A DNA stretch of 63,425 nt, filler included, from a bacterium (GCA_046331705.1; 3 parts of 3 records of this genome joined end to end with filler, not necessarily neighbours in it); one strand, 5' to 3'. Positions 37,824 through 49,344 are shown, counted from the whole stretch's first letter. A program made the numbers and translations. Notes: a model not told the origin generated them from the sequence alone.

Positions 37824-39681
37824 CGACGCCTCCGGATTTGCTCGCCTCGCGGGGATCCCCGCGGTGAACCGTGAGTTGCGGAAAAGGAATCACCCAGCCG
37901 TTCTCGTTGGCAGCCTCGACGCAGAGCCGCTGGAGCAACCGCCCCAGGCTCGAGTAGTCGGCGGCGGCGTCGCCGGCGAAATCCGCCTGCACGAGGAGAT
38001 CGAGCGAGGAAGCGGCGGCCTGCTGGATCTCGACCACGAGCTTCTTGAGCCGGGTGCCGAAGCCGGCCTCCTCGAGCCCGGCGCGGACGTGGCCCTCGAG
38101 CAGAGCGGGAATCGCCCCGATCGCCTGGGCTTGATGGCGGTAGTCGACGCCAAACACCGTGCCGAGGCGAAAGCCGCGCGAGAGCACCGTGGGCATCGTG
38201 CCCATGAACGCCGCCGCCGGGATCGGGCGCTCGGCGCCTCCCAGGAACTTGAGCACCACCACTTCGGGGGTCTGCTGGATCACCTGGGCGGGTAGCGAGT
38301 CGACCAGCAGCCATTCGCCCTTGTGAGTCGGAAACCACGGCTCGTCCGCGCCGAAGATGCGGGAGGTGAGACCGAACACCGAGCGAATCGGCAGCCGCAC
38401 GTCGCCGCCATCCAGCTCGGGGTTCTCGAGGTGCGTGTAGAAGCTGAGCGTGCGCACCCGCCACGGTAGCCCGTTGAAGACCACGCGCTCGCCCTCGCGC
38501 ACCGAGCCGAGGTTGAGAAGCAGCATGGTCTGCTCCCAGAACCGGGGAAGCGCCGCCTTCGACGCCCAGGCGATCCCGAACAGGAAGAGCCCGGTGATCG
38601 TGAGCAGCACCCAATCGCCCACGAGATAGAGCACGTAGAGGAACACCACCATCGCGCCGAGACCGGTGAAGGTCGCGTACGCGAGGTTGAAGATCCGGAT
38701 CGCGGCCGTCTGCCCGCGGCGGTGGAACGGGCTCAGCCGCTCGACCCACGTCTGCAGATACCGGAACACCACCCAGAACGCGATCAACGACACCGCCGCG
38801 AGGATCAGGTTGCGGCCGCGGCTGCGGAAGAAGATCCCCACCAGGTTCTCGACGGTGCTGGAGAGGCTGTGCCGCTCGCTGCGCATGCGCTCGAGACGAT
38901 TGTTGGTGTAGGTGAGCTCGCTGCTCACCTCTTGGTGGCGGGCCTCCCACTCGCCGAGGATCTCGGCCAGGGGGGCGGCGAGCTCGGCGTCGGGGAACCG
39001 CTGCACGAAGCGGGTCAGGTTCTCCTGGGCACGCTCGATGGTGCGGAGTCGGTCGCCGAGGACGTCGATCTCGCGGCGCAGGCGATCCATCTCACGGGGG
39101 CGGGTCGTGACGCGCTTGAGCTCGTTGATGGCCGGCCCGAGGAGATCCTTCACCTCCTTGGTCCAGTCGAACTCGAGCTCGGTGCGCGTCTCCTGCTCGA
39201 GGTCGACGCCCGAGGCGAGCTCCTTGAAGCGACGATTGAGGAGATCGAGGTCGGTGGCGATGTTCTTGATCTGGGCCTCGAGCTCCTCGCGGCGGCCCTC
39301 GTAGCGCGGATTGGCGAGATCGTTGCGCCGCTGCTCGAGCTCGGATTCGCGCTTGCGGATGCTGCGCAAGAGCGAGATCAGACCCTCGCGCTTGGTGGCG
39401 AGCTCCTTGTCGTCGGCGCGCGGCGGAAGCTGATCGACCCCCGGGAACGCTCCGCCGCCGGGGTTCGCGGGCGTGCTCGCCGGGGGTGCCGTGGCGGGTG
39501 CCGGCGGCGCCGCAGCCGGTGCTGCTGCCGAGGTGGCGGGAGTGGCCGCCGGCGGTGCCGCATCGGTGCCCGGAAACTGGGCGTGCGCCGCACCCGCGCA
39601 CACCAGCATCACCACCGCGTAGGCCCGCACCCACGCGCGCGCAGCGCCGCGATCGGGTGGGAGTCGGCGCCTGGTCGTCAC
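37801..39681 (-). CDS. MscS-like mechanosensitive channel domain protein with a long periplasmic coiled-coil
   Basis: Signal peptide, coiled-coil, 3 TMs, VREGERVVFNG, C-terminal VIPFPQLTVH. Confidence 0.72.
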   Translation of the reverse strand: MTTRRRLPPDRGAARAWVRAYAVVMLVCAGAAHAQFPGTDAAPPAATPATSAAAPAAAPPAPATAPPASTPANPGGGAFPGVDQLPPRADDKELATKREGLISLLRSIRKRESELEQRRNDLANPRYEGRREELEAQIKNIATDLDLLNRRFKELASGVDLEQETRTELEFDWTKEVKDLLGPAINELKRVTTRPREMDRLRREIDVLGDRLRTIERAQENLTRFVQRFPDAELAAPLAEILGEWEARHQEVSSELTYTNNRLERMRSERHSLSSTVENLVGIFFRSRGRNLILAAVSLIAFWVVFRYLQTWVERLSPFHRRGQTAAIRIFNLAYATFTGLGAMVVFLYVLYLVGDWVLLTITGLFLFGIAWASKAALPRFWEQTMLLLNLGSVREGERVVFNGLPWRVRTLSFYTHLENPELDGGDVRLPIRSVFGLTSRIFGADEPWFPTHKGEWLLVDSLPAQVIQQTPEVVVLKFLGGAERPIPAAAFMGTMPTVLSRGFRLGTVFGVDYRHQAQAIGAIPALLEGHVRAGLEEAGFGTRLKKLVVEIQQAAASSLDLLVQADFAGDAAADYSSLGRLLQRLCVEAANENGWVIPFPQLTVHRGDPREASKSGGVDVPSRLA

Positions 39682-39756
39682 GGGCGGTGGGCGAGCGGCT
39701 CGGGGAGAGGTGCGGCGCCTGGGCCGAGTGGGGTCGAGCGCCTGCTCTCGAATGGT

Positions 39757-40287
39757 TCAGAAGAGACGCGCGAAGAGTCCGCGGATCTTAGCCCACACCG
39801 ACACGCCGGGCGCCCCCGCGCAGGATCCGTCCGCGTTCGCGAGCCCAAGGGTCTCCAGGTGGACCTTGGCGACCCCCTTCTTGGTCACGCCCGCATCGTC
39901 GGCGGCGATCTTGGAGAGGTCGATGATCCGGTCTTTCACGAAGGGGCCGCGGTCGTTGATCTTCACCGTCACGCTACGGCCGCTGTCGAGGTTCTGAACG
40001 TTCACGCAGACGTTGAAGGGCAGCGTCTTGTGCGCGGCGGTGTAGCCGGCGTAGGTGTCGAAGATCTCGCCGCTGGCGGTCTTCTTGCCGTGATACGGGG
40101 GGCCGTACCACGAGGCGATGCCGTCCTCGGCGAATCCCTCCCAGTTCTTGATGGGGGTGTAGCGAACGCCGTCCTGGGTATAGGAGGCGAGGCCCTTGAG
40201 GGGTGCTTGACCGACGCCCTGCTGGGTGGCGCAGCCTTCGAGCGCCAGACCGAGCAATGCCGCGGAGAGGAGGAGCGCCCTTCGCAT
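39757..40287 (-). CDS. rlpA: RlpA family (DPBB) lytic transglycosylase lipoprotein
   Basis: LEGC lipobox, GIASWYG, TASGE, TAAHKTLPF, INDRGPF, RIIDLS. Confidence 0.92.
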   Translation of the reverse strand: MRRALLLSAALLGLALEGCATQQGVGQAPLKGLASYTQDGVRYTPIKNWEGFAEDGIASWYGPPYHGKKTASGEIFDTYAGYTAAHKTLPFNVCVNVQNLDSGRSVTVKINDRGPFVKDRIIDLSKIAADDAGVTKKGVAKVHLETLGLANADGSCAGAPGVSVWAKIRGLFARLF

Positions 40288-40433
40288 GTCTCGCCATGGT
40301 ACGCCGCGCGATTCGGCGGCTTCAAGGCGCGGTATCCGGCGTCGCGCACGTGGTGCCGTGTGCCGCGCGGGGTTGCGTCACACGGACGCTGCACTTCGCC
40401 TCGATGGACGGTGCGCCGCGAATCTGTGGGAGA

Positions 40434-43325
40434 ATGGGCGGCGATCTCGACGAGCGACGCGTGAACGATCGAACCCAGGGCATCCCCGATTCCCAGCGCG
40501 AGCTCGCGTCGCTCGGCGAGCGCATCGCCGAGCTCGAGGCCTCGGTGGGCGGGCTGCGGGCGCTGCTCGAGCAATTGCCCGGCGTGCTGTGGTCGGTGGA
40601 TCGCAGCTTGCGGTTCGTCGCGTCGGGCGGCGCCGGGCTGGTGGCGCTCGACCTGACGCCGAATCAAGTGGTCGGACTCTCGCTCTTCGACTACTTCGGC
40701 ACCGACGATCCGGAGCACCTCGCCATCGCGGCCCATCGCCGCGCGCTCGACGGCACCTCGTCGCGCTACGACTTCCGCTGGCGCGATCGCATCTACCTCT
40801 CGTACGTCGAGCCGCTGCGCGACGCGAGCGGGCAGGTGCGCGGTGCGATCGGCGTGGCGCTCGACGCCACCGACGAGGACCGCGCGGCGCGGGCGCTGCG
40901 GGCCGCGCACGACGAGCTCGAGCGCGTCGCGTCGACGCGCACCGACCAGCTCGCGAGCGCCAATCGACGTCTCGAGCTCGAGATCGATCGGCGCCGCCAC
41001 AACGAGGCGCGGCTCGGCGCCGTGACCCGCTGCCTCGCCGGGCTGGGCGCGGACGTGCGCGCCAACTTGCAGCGCATCACGGTGATGGCCGGCGAAACGC
41101 TCGGTGGCACCTGCGCGGTCTTCCAGCGCGCCGAGAATGGCCGGTTGGTCACGGCCGGGAGCTGGAACGTCGCGGCTGGGCATCCCGCCGACCAGCCGCT
41201 CGAGGGCACGATCGCCGGCGAGCTCATCGAGCTCGACGGCGAGGACCGGGTGGTGCTGCGCAAGCTGCGTTCGTCGGGCTTCCAGGCCACCGATCCGCTG
41301 GTGCGCAACGCCGGGCTCCACACCGTCGTCGCCCAAGTGGTGCGCGCCGAGCGCGTCGCCGTGGGAGTGCTGCTGGTCGGCTACGACGACGACCTCAATC
41401 CCACCGGCGAGGACCGCGAGCTGCTCGCCGTGCTCACCGGCGCGATCGGCGCGCAAGAAGAGCGATACCGCGCCGAGGCGGCGTTGCGCGGGAGCGAGGA
41501 GCGCTATCGGCGACTCGTCGAGAGCTTGCACGATCGCCTGATCTACGCGCGCCGGCCCGACGGCGTGTTCACCTACACCGCCCCCTCGTCGGTGTACGTC
41601 GTGGGCTACACGCCCGACGAGATCATCGGCCACGTGCGCGAGCACCTCACCGAGAATCCCGTGAACCAGGAGGCGGAACGCCAGCAGGAGATCACCAACG
41701 AGGGCCGCACGCCGCCACCCTTCCTGGTCGAGTTCTTCCACAAGGACGGTAGCCGGCGCTGGCTCGAGGTCTCCGAGTTCCCGATCCGCGACGAGCACGG
41801 CACCGTGATCGGAGCCGAGGGACTGGCGCGCGACATCACCGAGGAGAGGCGTCGCTCTGCGGAGCTGGCCGAGAGCGAGCAGCGCTTCCGGCAGCTCGCC
41901 GAGAACATCGACGAGGTCTTCTGGATGACCACGGTCGACAAGGGGCGCGTGCTCTACGTGAGCCCGGCGTACGAGGTGATCTGGGGCCGCGCGCGGCGCG
42001 AGCTCTACCAGTCGGCGATGCAGTGGGTGGACGCGATCCACCCCGAGGACCGCGAGCGCGTGCAGCGCGCGGCGCGCGACGAGCAGTCCGTCGGCACCTA
42101 CGACGAGGAGTACCGCGTGGTGCGGCCCGACGGCACCTTGCGGTGGATCCGCGACCGAGCCTTTCCGGTTCGCAACGAGCGCGGGCAGGTCTACCGGATC
42201 GCCGGGCTCGCCGAGGACATCACCGAGCGCAAGCGCACCGAGGAGCGGGTGCGCGCCATCGTCGAGCATGCGCTCGACGCGATCATCACCATCGATGCGA
42301 GCGGGCGGATCCATTCCTTCAACCCGGCCGCCGAGCAGACCTTCGGCTACACGGCGGAGGAGGTGGTGGGAAGCAACGTCCAGGTGCTCATGCCCGACGA
42401 GATCCAGGAGCGATCCGAAGGGTTGGTGCGTTGGTACTTGCGGCGCGGGCTCGGCACGATCAGCGAGGGAGTCGGCCGCCACAAGGACGGAACCACGTTC
42501 CCCATCGAGCTCTCGGTCACCGCGCTCAAGACCGACGAACGCCGCCTCTACACCGGCGTGGTCCGCGACATCACGCGTCGCAAGCGAGCCGAGGCGGCGC
42601 TGGTGGCGGCGTCACGAATGGAAGCGACGTTGACGCTGGCGGGTGGGGTGGCCCACGACTTCAACAACCTGATGGCCGTGGTGCTCACCAACACCGAGCT
42701 GTTGCGGCGCAACCTCGAGGGGCGTGGCGAGGATCTCGAGATGATCGACGAGATCTCCGAGCTGGCGCGGCGCGGTGGCCACCTCGCCAAGCAGCTCGTC
42801 GCGTTCGCGCGCGGCGGAAAGTCGCGCTCGTTGCTGGTCGATCTGAGCGAGATCGTGCGGGAGAGCCTGACGCTGCAGCGCCGCTCGATTCCGCGGGGGA
42901 TCGTGATCGAGACCGCGCTCGCTCCCGAGCCGTGGCTCGTGGAGGCGGACCCGACCCAGATGGGGCAGGTGGTGGTGAACCTCTGCATCAACGCGGTCGA
43001 GGCGGTGGGCGAGCGCGGACGAATCCAGCTCGAGACCAAGAACGTCGCGGTCGATGCCGAGCGCGCCGCGCACAGCCCGGGCCTGCGACCCGGGCCGCAC
43101 GTGTCCTTGCGGGTGACCGACGACGGAGTGGGGATGGATGCCGCCACCGTCGCGCGTGTGTTCGAGCCGTTCTTCACCACCAAGTTCCAGGGGCGGGGGC
43201 TGGGGCTCGCGGCGACTTACGGCATCGTGAAGAACCATGGCGGCTACATTGCGGTCACGAGCGCGCCAGGCGAGGGGTCGACCTTCGAGGTGCTGATGCC
43301 GGCCGTGCGGCCGGAGGATTCGTGA
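40434..43325 (+). CDS. Multi-PAS/GAF sensor histidine kinase (no REC domain)
   Basis: PAS, GAF-like, 3 [33 protein letters not shown]; start 40434 or 40461. Confidence 0.9.
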   Translation: MGGDLDERRVNDRTQGIPDSQRELASLGERIAELEASVGGLRALLEQLPGVLWSVDRSLRFVASGGAGLVALDLTPNQVVGLSLFDYFGTDDPEHLAIAAHRRALDGTSSRYDFRWRDRIYLSYVEPLRDASGQVRGAIGVALDATDEDRAARALRAAHDELERVASTRTDQLASANRRLELEIDRRRHNEARLGAVTRCLAGLGADVRANLQRITVMAGETLGGTCAVFQRAENGRLVTAGSWNVAAGHPADQPLEGTIAGELIELDGEDRVVLRKLRSSGFQATDPLVRNAGLHTVVAQVVRAERVAVGVLLVGYDDDLNPTGEDRELLAVLTGAIGAQEERYRAEAALRGSEERYRRLVESLHDRLIYARRPDGVFTYTAPSSVYVVGYTPDEIIGHVREHLTENPVNQEAERQQEITNEGRTPPPFLVEFFHKDGSRRWLEVSEFPIRDEHGTVIGAEGLARDITEERRRSAELAESEQRFRQLAENIDEVFWMTTVDKGRVLYVSPAYEVIWGRARRELYQSAMQWVDAIHPEDRERVQRAARDEQSVGTYDEEYRVVRPDGTLRWIRDRAFPVRNERGQVYRIAGLAEDITERKRTEERVRAIVEHALDAIITIDASGRIHSFNPAAEQTFGYTAEEVVGSNVQVLMPDEIQERSEGLVRWYLRRGLGTISEGVGRHKDGTTFPIELSVTALKTDERRLYTGVVRDITRRKRAEAALVAASRMEATLTLAGGVAHDFNNLMAVVLTNTELLRRNLEGRGEDLEMIDEISELARRGGHLAKQLVAFARGGKSRSLLVDLSEIVRESLTLQRRSIPRGIVIETALAPEPWLVEADPTQMGQVVVNLCINAVEAVGERGRIQLETKNVAVDAERAAHSPGLRPGPHVSLRVTDDGVGMDAATVARVFEPFFTTKFQGRGLGLAATYGIVKNHGGYIAVTSAPGEGSTFEVLMPAVRPEDS

Positions 43326-43353
43326 TCGCGGCAGCGAGGCGAGGAGAGGATCG

Positions 43354-43720
<367 letters not shown>

Positions 43721-43737
<17 letters not shown>

Positions 43738-44988
43738 GTCTTCCGCGGCGCGGGCTTCCGGCCGGCGCCGCGGCGAGGCGGTCGGCGCCTTCGCTGAGGA
43801 AGCGGGCGACGGCGTCGCCGCACATGCGATGGGGATCGAGCTCGCTCTGGACGGCGAGCGCCTTGATCGCGAGCGCCGCGCTGCGGTTCGGTCGCGCGGC
43901 GTGCGCAGCGACGATCCGATCCAGGCCGTTCCGGCCGATCGCGCCCAGCGCTTCGAGCCGCGTGACCCACGGCTCGATCTCGGCGAGCAGCCGCGCGTCG
44001 CGCACCTCCGCGTCGAGCCTCGGCCGGATGCTCGCGAAGGAGTCGAAGAGCGCGCCGAGATCCCGCGCCGCGGATTGGAACGCGACGTCGTCGCCGTCGA
44101 AGGCCTCGTAGAAGGCGTCCACGCGCCGCTCGAGCTCGACCGCATCCACGTGATCGAGTGGGCTGGCGCGGCTTTGCTCGGCGAAGAGCTGGAACGCCGG
44201 CGACCCAGGTGCGGTGGCTTCGAGCGCGGCGCGCCACGCGCGCTCGGAGTCGTAGCGCTCGGGCGACGCGGCGAAGCTGCCGAGCTGGCGCAGCGCCACC
44301 TGCGATGCGCGCGGCTCGATCATGGTGTTGAGGACGATGCCGTCGAGCACGCCGGCGAGGGCGGGATCGCGGCCGCGGTACTCGCCCAGGTGAAGCTCGT
44401 AGGCGTAGAACGCGTCGTTGACCGGGAAGTTGTCCCAGAGCACTGGCGGTCGCCGCAACGCGGCGGCGACGTCGGACATGTAGCCCGCTTCCACCAGCGG
44501 CGAGTACACGGTGGGACCGGTCCAGAACACCGGCACGTTCGGATCGAGGGCCTCGCCGAGACGGAAGCTGTAGGGCTGGATCGTCCCGTCGTAGTCCATC
44601 GGAGTGAAGAAGAGCTCGGCCGCGGGATCGCCGGCGCGCAGATGCGCGAGCACTTCGTTCAGCAGCTCGGCGTGGGCGGAAGCGAGGTCGAGCCCGTACC
44701 GCGCGAAGTCCCGCGGATCGGCGAACCAAGGCAGCGTGTCGTCGAACGAGACCGTGAAGGAGCGCACGCCCTGCTCGCGGACGGCATCGAGCTTGGAGAG
44801 CAGCGCCGAGACGTCGGCCGGCTCGGAGAAGACGATGTCGGTCGGCGAGATCGCGAAGGTGAGGCTCACGCCCGCGCGCTCACCGGCACGCGCCAGCTCG
44901 CCGAGGGCGGCGATCTGATCGGCGGGATAGGGCTCGCGCCACCGCGAGCGGTGGAACGGATCGTTCTTCGGCGCGTAGACGTAGTGGT
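43721..44988 (-). CDS. GH84 beta-N-acetylglucosaminidase / O-GlcNAcase (5'-truncated)
   Basis: [29 protein letters not shown] catalytic pair, [13 protein letters not shown]. Confidence 0.85.
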
Positions 44989-45088
44989 NNNNNNNNNNNN
45001 NNNNNNNNNNNNNNNNNNNNNNNNNNNNNNNNTTAATTAATTAANNNNNNNNNNNNNNNNNNNNNNNNNNNNNNNNNNNNNNNNNNNN
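44989..45088. other. Artificial contig-joining spacer
   Basis: N44-TTAATTAATTAA-N44. Confidence 0.97.
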
Positions 45089-45098
45089 GCCGCCGGCG

Positions 45099-45860
45099 GT
45101 GGATCGTGCGGTGGTGGAGGCGCTGCTCTTCGCCGCGGACGAGCCGCTCACGCCGGCGCAGATCAAGAAGGTGCTCGGCGGCGAGATCGGAGACGTTCGC
45201 GCGGTGCTCGACACGATCCGTAGCGAGCTCGACGATCGGCGCGCGGGATTCGCCCTGGTGGAGGTCGCGGGAGGCTTCCAGCTCCGGACCCGCCCCGACT
45301 ACGCGAGCTGGATTCGCCAGCTGCGTTCCGAGAAACCGACGCGGCTCTCGAAGCCGGCGCTCGAGACGCTGGCGGTGGTGTCCTACAAGCAGCCGATCAC
45401 GCGTGCCGAGATCGAAGCGATCCGGCGCGTCGACACAGGCGCGGTGCTGAAGACGCTGCTCGACCGGCGCTTGATCAAGATCGTGGGAACCAAGGATGTC
45501 CCGGGGCGTCCCGCCCTCTACGGCACCAGCCGCGAGTTCCTCGAGGTGTTCCGTCTCAAGAGCTTGCGCGAGCTGCCGACACTCAAGGAGATTCGAGACG
45601 TCGCCGTGGAAATGGGCGATGCTCTGGACGTGCCGGGCGAGCTCTTGCCCGAGGAGCTCGGCGAGGTGCTGGCACGCAACGATGGGTCCGCCCCCGACGC
45701 GTCGGAGGGCGAGGGTTCGGTCGCGCGGGAAGACGAGTTGGTCGAGGCATCGGCCGATCGCGACTCGGCCGAGCCCGCAATCGACACGGAGGAAGCCTCG
45801 GGCTCGCCCGAGGACGAACCAGCGCCTAGCCCGCCGTCCACGGCGGCCGAGGAGGACTGA
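45099..45860 (+). CDS. scpB: SMC-Scp complex subunit ScpB (5' end may be truncated)
   Basis: VEALLFAADEPL, EVAGGFQLRT, LSKPALETLAVVSYKQPITRAEIEAIR, GRPALYGT. Confidence 0.95.
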   Translation: MDRAVVEALLFAADEPLTPAQIKKVLGGEIGDVRAVLDTIRSELDDRRAGFALVEVAGGFQLRTRPDYASWIRQLRSEKPTRLSKPALETLAVVSYKQPITRAEIEAIRRVDTGAVLKTLLDRRLIKIVGTKDVPGRPALYGTSREFLEVFRLKSLRELPTLKEIRDVAVEMGDALDVPGELLPEELGEVLARNDGSAPDASEGEGSVAREDELVEASADRDSAEPAIDTEEASGSPEDEPAPSPPSTAAEED

Positions 45861-45864
45861 CGAG

Positions 45865-46167
45865 ATGAACACCGAGACCGCCGGCATCACGACGTTGCTG
45901 GGTCATGCGCGCCCGGATGAGCTCGAGGAGCTCTGCCCGTGGCTGGCCGCGCCCCGCGCTTTCGACGAAGAGGAGGAAGCGGAAGCCGAGGACGAAGAAG
46001 ACGAGGAAGACGAGGAGTTCGACGAGGAGGACTTCGACGACGACGACGTCGACGACGAGGACGACGACGACGGAGAGTTCGACGAGGNNNNNNNNNNNNN
46101 NNNNNNNNNNNNNNNNNNNNNNNNNNNNNNNNNNNACGAGGACCTCGACTGGGAAGACGACGAGTAA
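45865..46167 (+). CDS. Small hyper-acidic protein (interrupted by an N gap)
   Basis: GGAGGA RBS; short N-terminus then a D/E run; ends EDLDWEDDE-stop after the gap. Confidence 0.55.
   Translation: MNTETAGITTLLGHARPDELEELCPWLAAPRAFDEEEEAEAEDEEDEEDEEFDEEDFDDDDVDDEDDDDGEFDEXXXXXXXXXXXXXXXXXEDLDWEDDE
46088..46135. other. Scaffold gap (48 N) in a low-complexity GAC/GAG repeat
   Basis: N run without linker. Confidence 0.95.
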
Positions 46168-46319
46168 TCGCGCCCGCCCGCCGTCGTGCGCTCGCGCGTG
46201 CTGGCATGTCCAGCCCTGCGCGGGCGACGACCGCTCGATAGAATCGGGCGCACCGGTCGCTCGAGCGTCACGCACCGCGGGATGTCCCGGACGCCGCCGC
46301 CCATCACGCCGCACTCGCG

Positions 46320-47234
46320 ATGCCGCTCGAGCGAATCCAAAAGGTACTGTCGCGTGCTGGCGTGGCGTCGCGGCGCGAGGCCGAGCGCTTGCTGCTGGCC
46401 GGTCGCGTGAGCGTCAACGGTGCGGTGGTCCGTCGCCTGGGGACCAGCGTCGATCCGCTGCACGACCGGATCGCCCTCGACTCGAAGCCGATCGCGCACG
46501 TCGAGCGCGAAGCCGTGGTGCTCGCGCTGCACAAGCCGCGGCGGGTCGTGACAACGCTCTCCGATCCGGAGGGCCGCACCACCATTCGGGATCTGCTGGC
46601 GGGGTACGACCGGCGCGTCTATCCCGTGGGCCGGCTCGACTGGGATGCGGAGGGGCTGGTGCTGCTCACGGACGATGGCGAGCTGGCCCATCGCCTCATG
46701 CACCCCTCGTACGGCGTGCCGCGCGTCTATCGGGTGAAGGTACGTGGTCGTGTGGCCGCCGACCTGCCGCGGCGGCTCGCCGCGGGGATCCGCCTCACCG
46801 ATGGCCCGGCACGCGCCGAGAAAACGCACGTCGTCTCGGTGCTCGAGAAGAACTCGTGGCTGGACGTGACCGTCCGCGAGGGCCGCCACCATTTCGTGAA
46901 GCGCTTGCTCGAGGCACATGGTCATCCCGTGCTTCGGATCCATCGGATCTCGTACGGGCCCGTGCGGTTGGGCGACCTCGCGGTGGGGCGCTGGCGGCGA
47001 CTCGCCGACCACGAGATCGCGGCGCTGCGCGCCCTCGTCGAGCATGCGCCGACCGATGCCGCTGCGGCGGGGATGGCTGGGGCGGGCGCGGCGCACCCGC
47101 CGGCGCGTGGAGCGAAGCCCGTCCCGCGGCGCTCGCGCGCAGCGTCTACATCGAGAGCAACACCGCGCGCAGCGAATCGAACGACGTCCCGGGCTCGGTC
47201 GCGCAAAGCGGCAACGTCGCGCTCCCGATCCTGA
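46320..47234 (+). CDS. rluB: rRNA pseudouridine synthase, RsuA/RluB family
   Basis: ERIQKVLSRAGVASRR S4 domain, YPVGRLD catalytic motif, LLTDDG; follows scpB as in the conserved scpAB-rluB arrangement. Confidence 0.88.
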   Translation: MPLERIQKVLSRAGVASRREAERLLLAGRVSVNGAVVRRLGTSVDPLHDRIALDSKPIAHVEREAVVLALHKPRRVVTTLSDPEGRTTIRDLLAGYDRRVYPVGRLDWDAEGLVLLTDDGELAHRLMHPSYGVPRVYRVKVRGRVAADLPRRLAAGIRLTDGPARAEKTHVVSVLEKNSWLDVTVREGRHHFVKRLLEAHGHPVLRIHRISYGPVRLGDLAVGRWRRLADHEIAALRALVEHAPTDAAAAGMAGAGAAHPPARGAKPVPRRSRAASTSRATPRAANRTTSRARSRKAATSRSRS

Positions 47235-49131
47235 GCGGCGCGCAGGCGGCGGGCATCGTCGCCGTCGTGGCGAGCCCCGTCGGCGTCGGCATGCCACCCG
47301 GATGCCAGCGCAGGATCTCGCCGAACGCGTCGAATCCCACCACCGCGATCTCCGGCACGAGCCCCGATCGTGGGTCCGCCGTCGTCGACACGGCGGTCTT
47401 CACGATCATGTAGGCGTGTCTCCATTCGTGATGTCGCGCATAGCGCGCGAGCAGCGCTCGCTTCCAGCGGTCCATGCCGGGCTCGGTCCCGCCGAGCAAC
47501 ACCACCACGCGTGGGCTCGGCTCGCTGCGCTCGATCGCATCGATCCAGGCGTTGGTCGTGGCCGCGTGGCGCGATTCTTCCCGTTCCACCGCCGCTCGTC
47601 CCAGATGGAACGCGAAGCTCGCGCAGAGCGCGGCCACGAGCCCCAGCATGCTCGCGTGCCGCGCCATTCGCCGCGGGATGCCGTCCCACGCGCTGGCGAC
47701 GAACAGCGCGAGGCCTGCGCTCGACAGGTAGAGCAGGTGACCGCTCTCGGGGCCCTCCCAGCTGGTGAACGGGAAGACCATCGCCATGGGGACGACCGTC
47801 CACGCGAGCGCGGCCGCCGCGACACCGCGGTGCCGTCGTCCGGCGAAGAGGGCGATCGCGAGCCAGCACACCGTCCCGACGACGATGTGCGACGCCCACC
47901 GTGCTGCGGGTTCCTTGTCCCATACCGGCAGCAGCAGATCGCGGGGTAGGTCGCGAAGGAACGCCGCCGCGATCTGGCTCGGTGCGAGGCCTTCGGCGAA
48001 GAGGCCGAACTCGCCCCAGGGATGGCCGGGGCGTGGGCGCCCCGAGGTTGGATCCAAGAGCAGCTCGCCGAGCACCAGCGAGCCCTGGAGGAGCGGGACC
48101 ACGAGCGCTGGGAGGGCGGCGCGCACGGCGCCCGCGATTCGCTCCCCTGGCGATCGCGACGTCTCGGTCGTCGCGTCGAGGTCGAGCCCCAGCGCGAGCG
48201 CGCCGATCACGACCGGCAGCGTGAACGCCAGGTCGCGCGTGAACACGAGCAGCAGCAAGACTCCCCACCGCACGAGCCCTGGCGCACGCCGTCGCGACGG
48301 CAGCCAGAGCAATACGGCGCCGACGTAGAGAGGTCCGAGGGTCAGCTCGGGTAGGCCCGTGGGATCACGCAACAAGGGGCGAGCCGCGACGCCGACGGCG
48401 AACGCCAGAGCCGCGACGAGCGCGGCCGCGCGCGAGAGACCGAGTCGGCGAGCGAGGTGCCCCAGGAGCAGCGCCGTCGTGCCGTGGATCGCCAGGTGAA
48501 CGAGTCGATACCCGGGTGCCCAGCCTCGGAAGACCGCATCCTCGACCGCCCAGACGGCGAGGTGTAGGGAGCGGATGAGCATGCCGGGATGCCCGCTCAG
48601 GTACGACCAGGCGTCGTGCAACGCCGTCGCCGAGCCCAGCCGTGTCGGCTGGCGTACGAGAATGAGGTGATACCAGTCCTCCGGGTCCAGGAGCTCGAGC
48701 GTGAGCGTGGAGACATACGCCACGAGCACGGCGAGCACGACGAACACCCCTGGGGCGGGAACGAAGTGGCCGTGCGCACGCTCGGGCTCGCGCGGCGACG
48801 GTGCCGCGGTCAGGCGCACCCACGAGAACGCGATGGCCATGAACGAGACGATTGGCCAGGGTGCAAATCGGAACGTGTGTCCGCTTCCGCCTTGCCCTGC
48901 CGAGTGCGCCAGCCACACCAGCCAGACGGAGAGCGCGCCGAATCCCAGCAGCGCGGCGGCGAATGCCGCGCGCGGAGCAGGGGCGGGCGAAGGCTCGGGG
49001 AGCGTCACGGGGAGGCGGAGCGAGCGTGGCGACCGGCGGGCGGGGAGTGTAGCCAAGCTCCGCCGGCTGCGCGGAGTGCCGGATGGATCGGAGGCGAGCG
49101 GAGCTTCCGCGTGCAGGTTCGCGGTTTCCAC
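47146..49131 (-). CDS. Polytopic membrane protein, GT-C (ArnT/TMTC-like) glycosyltransferase-like
   Basis: Many TMs; PEDW loop, YRLVHLAIHG, HLLYLSSAG resemble GT-C motifs. Confidence 0.6.
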   Translation of the reverse strand: METANLHAEAPLASDPSGTPRSRRSLATLPARRSPRSLRLPVTLPEPSPAPAPRAAFAAALLGFGALSVWLVWLAHSAGQGGSGHTFRFAPWPIVSFMAIAFSWVRLTAAPSPREPERAHGHFVPAPGVFVVLAVLVAYVSTLTLELLDPEDWYHLILVRQPTRLGSATALHDAWSYLSGHPGMLIRSLHLAVWAVEDAVFRGWAPGYRLVHLAIHGTTALLLGHLARRLGLSRAAALVAALAFAVGVAARPLLRDPTGLPELTLGPLYVGAVLLWLPSRRRAPGLVRWGVLLLLVFTRDLAFTLPVVIGALALGLDLDATTETSRSPGERIAGAVRAALPALVVPLLQGSLVLGELLLDPTSGRPRPGHPWGEFGLFAEGLAPSQIAAAFLRDLPRDLLLPVWDKEPAARWASHIVVGTVCWLAIALFAGRRHRGVAAAALAWTVVPMAMVFPFTSWEGPESGHLLYLSSAGLALFVASAWDGIPRRMARHASMLGLVAALCASFAFHLGRAAVEREESRHAATTNAWIDAIERSEPSPRVVVLLGGTEPGMDRWKRALLARYARHHEWRHAYMIVKTAVSTTADPRSGLVPEIAVVGFDAFGEILRWHPGGMPTPTGLATTATMPAACAPLRIGSATLPLCATEPGTSFDSLRAVLLSM

Positions 49132-49183
49132 GTGCCCAGCGACGTGCTTCCTGAAGAACGGCGAGTCTTCGGAGAGGATCGCA

Positions 49184-49212
49184 TTGACAGTGCCGCGCCC
49201 CCTCCATACACT
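49184..49212 (+). promoter_or_regulatory. sigma-70 promoter for tRNA-fMet
   Basis: TTGACA-17 nt-TACACT, 12 nt before the tRNA. Confidence 0.8.
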
Positions 49213-49224
49213 TGGCGATCACGT

Positions 49225-49301
<77 letters not shown>

Positions 49302-49305
49302 CGTC

Positions 49306-49344
49306 GAGCCCCTGGATCCGGCAGGATCCAGGGGCTCTTTTCTT
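49306..49344 (+). terminator. Intrinsic terminator after tRNA-fMet
   Basis: GAGCCCCTGGATCC-GGCA-GGATCCAGGGGCTC-TTTTCTT, perfect 14-bp stem. Confidence 0.9.

Noticed and set aside
34770-42240. Similar PAS modules (ESExRFRQxxENIxEVFWMT) in two kinases as a recent duplication
   Set aside because: A widespread PAS subtype; visible divergence in the rest of the module argues against a recent copy.
45960-46165. GAC/GAG tandem-like repeats as a possible CRISPR array or VNTR
   Set aside because: No repeat-spacer structure; explained by Asp/Glu codons. No cas genes in the window.
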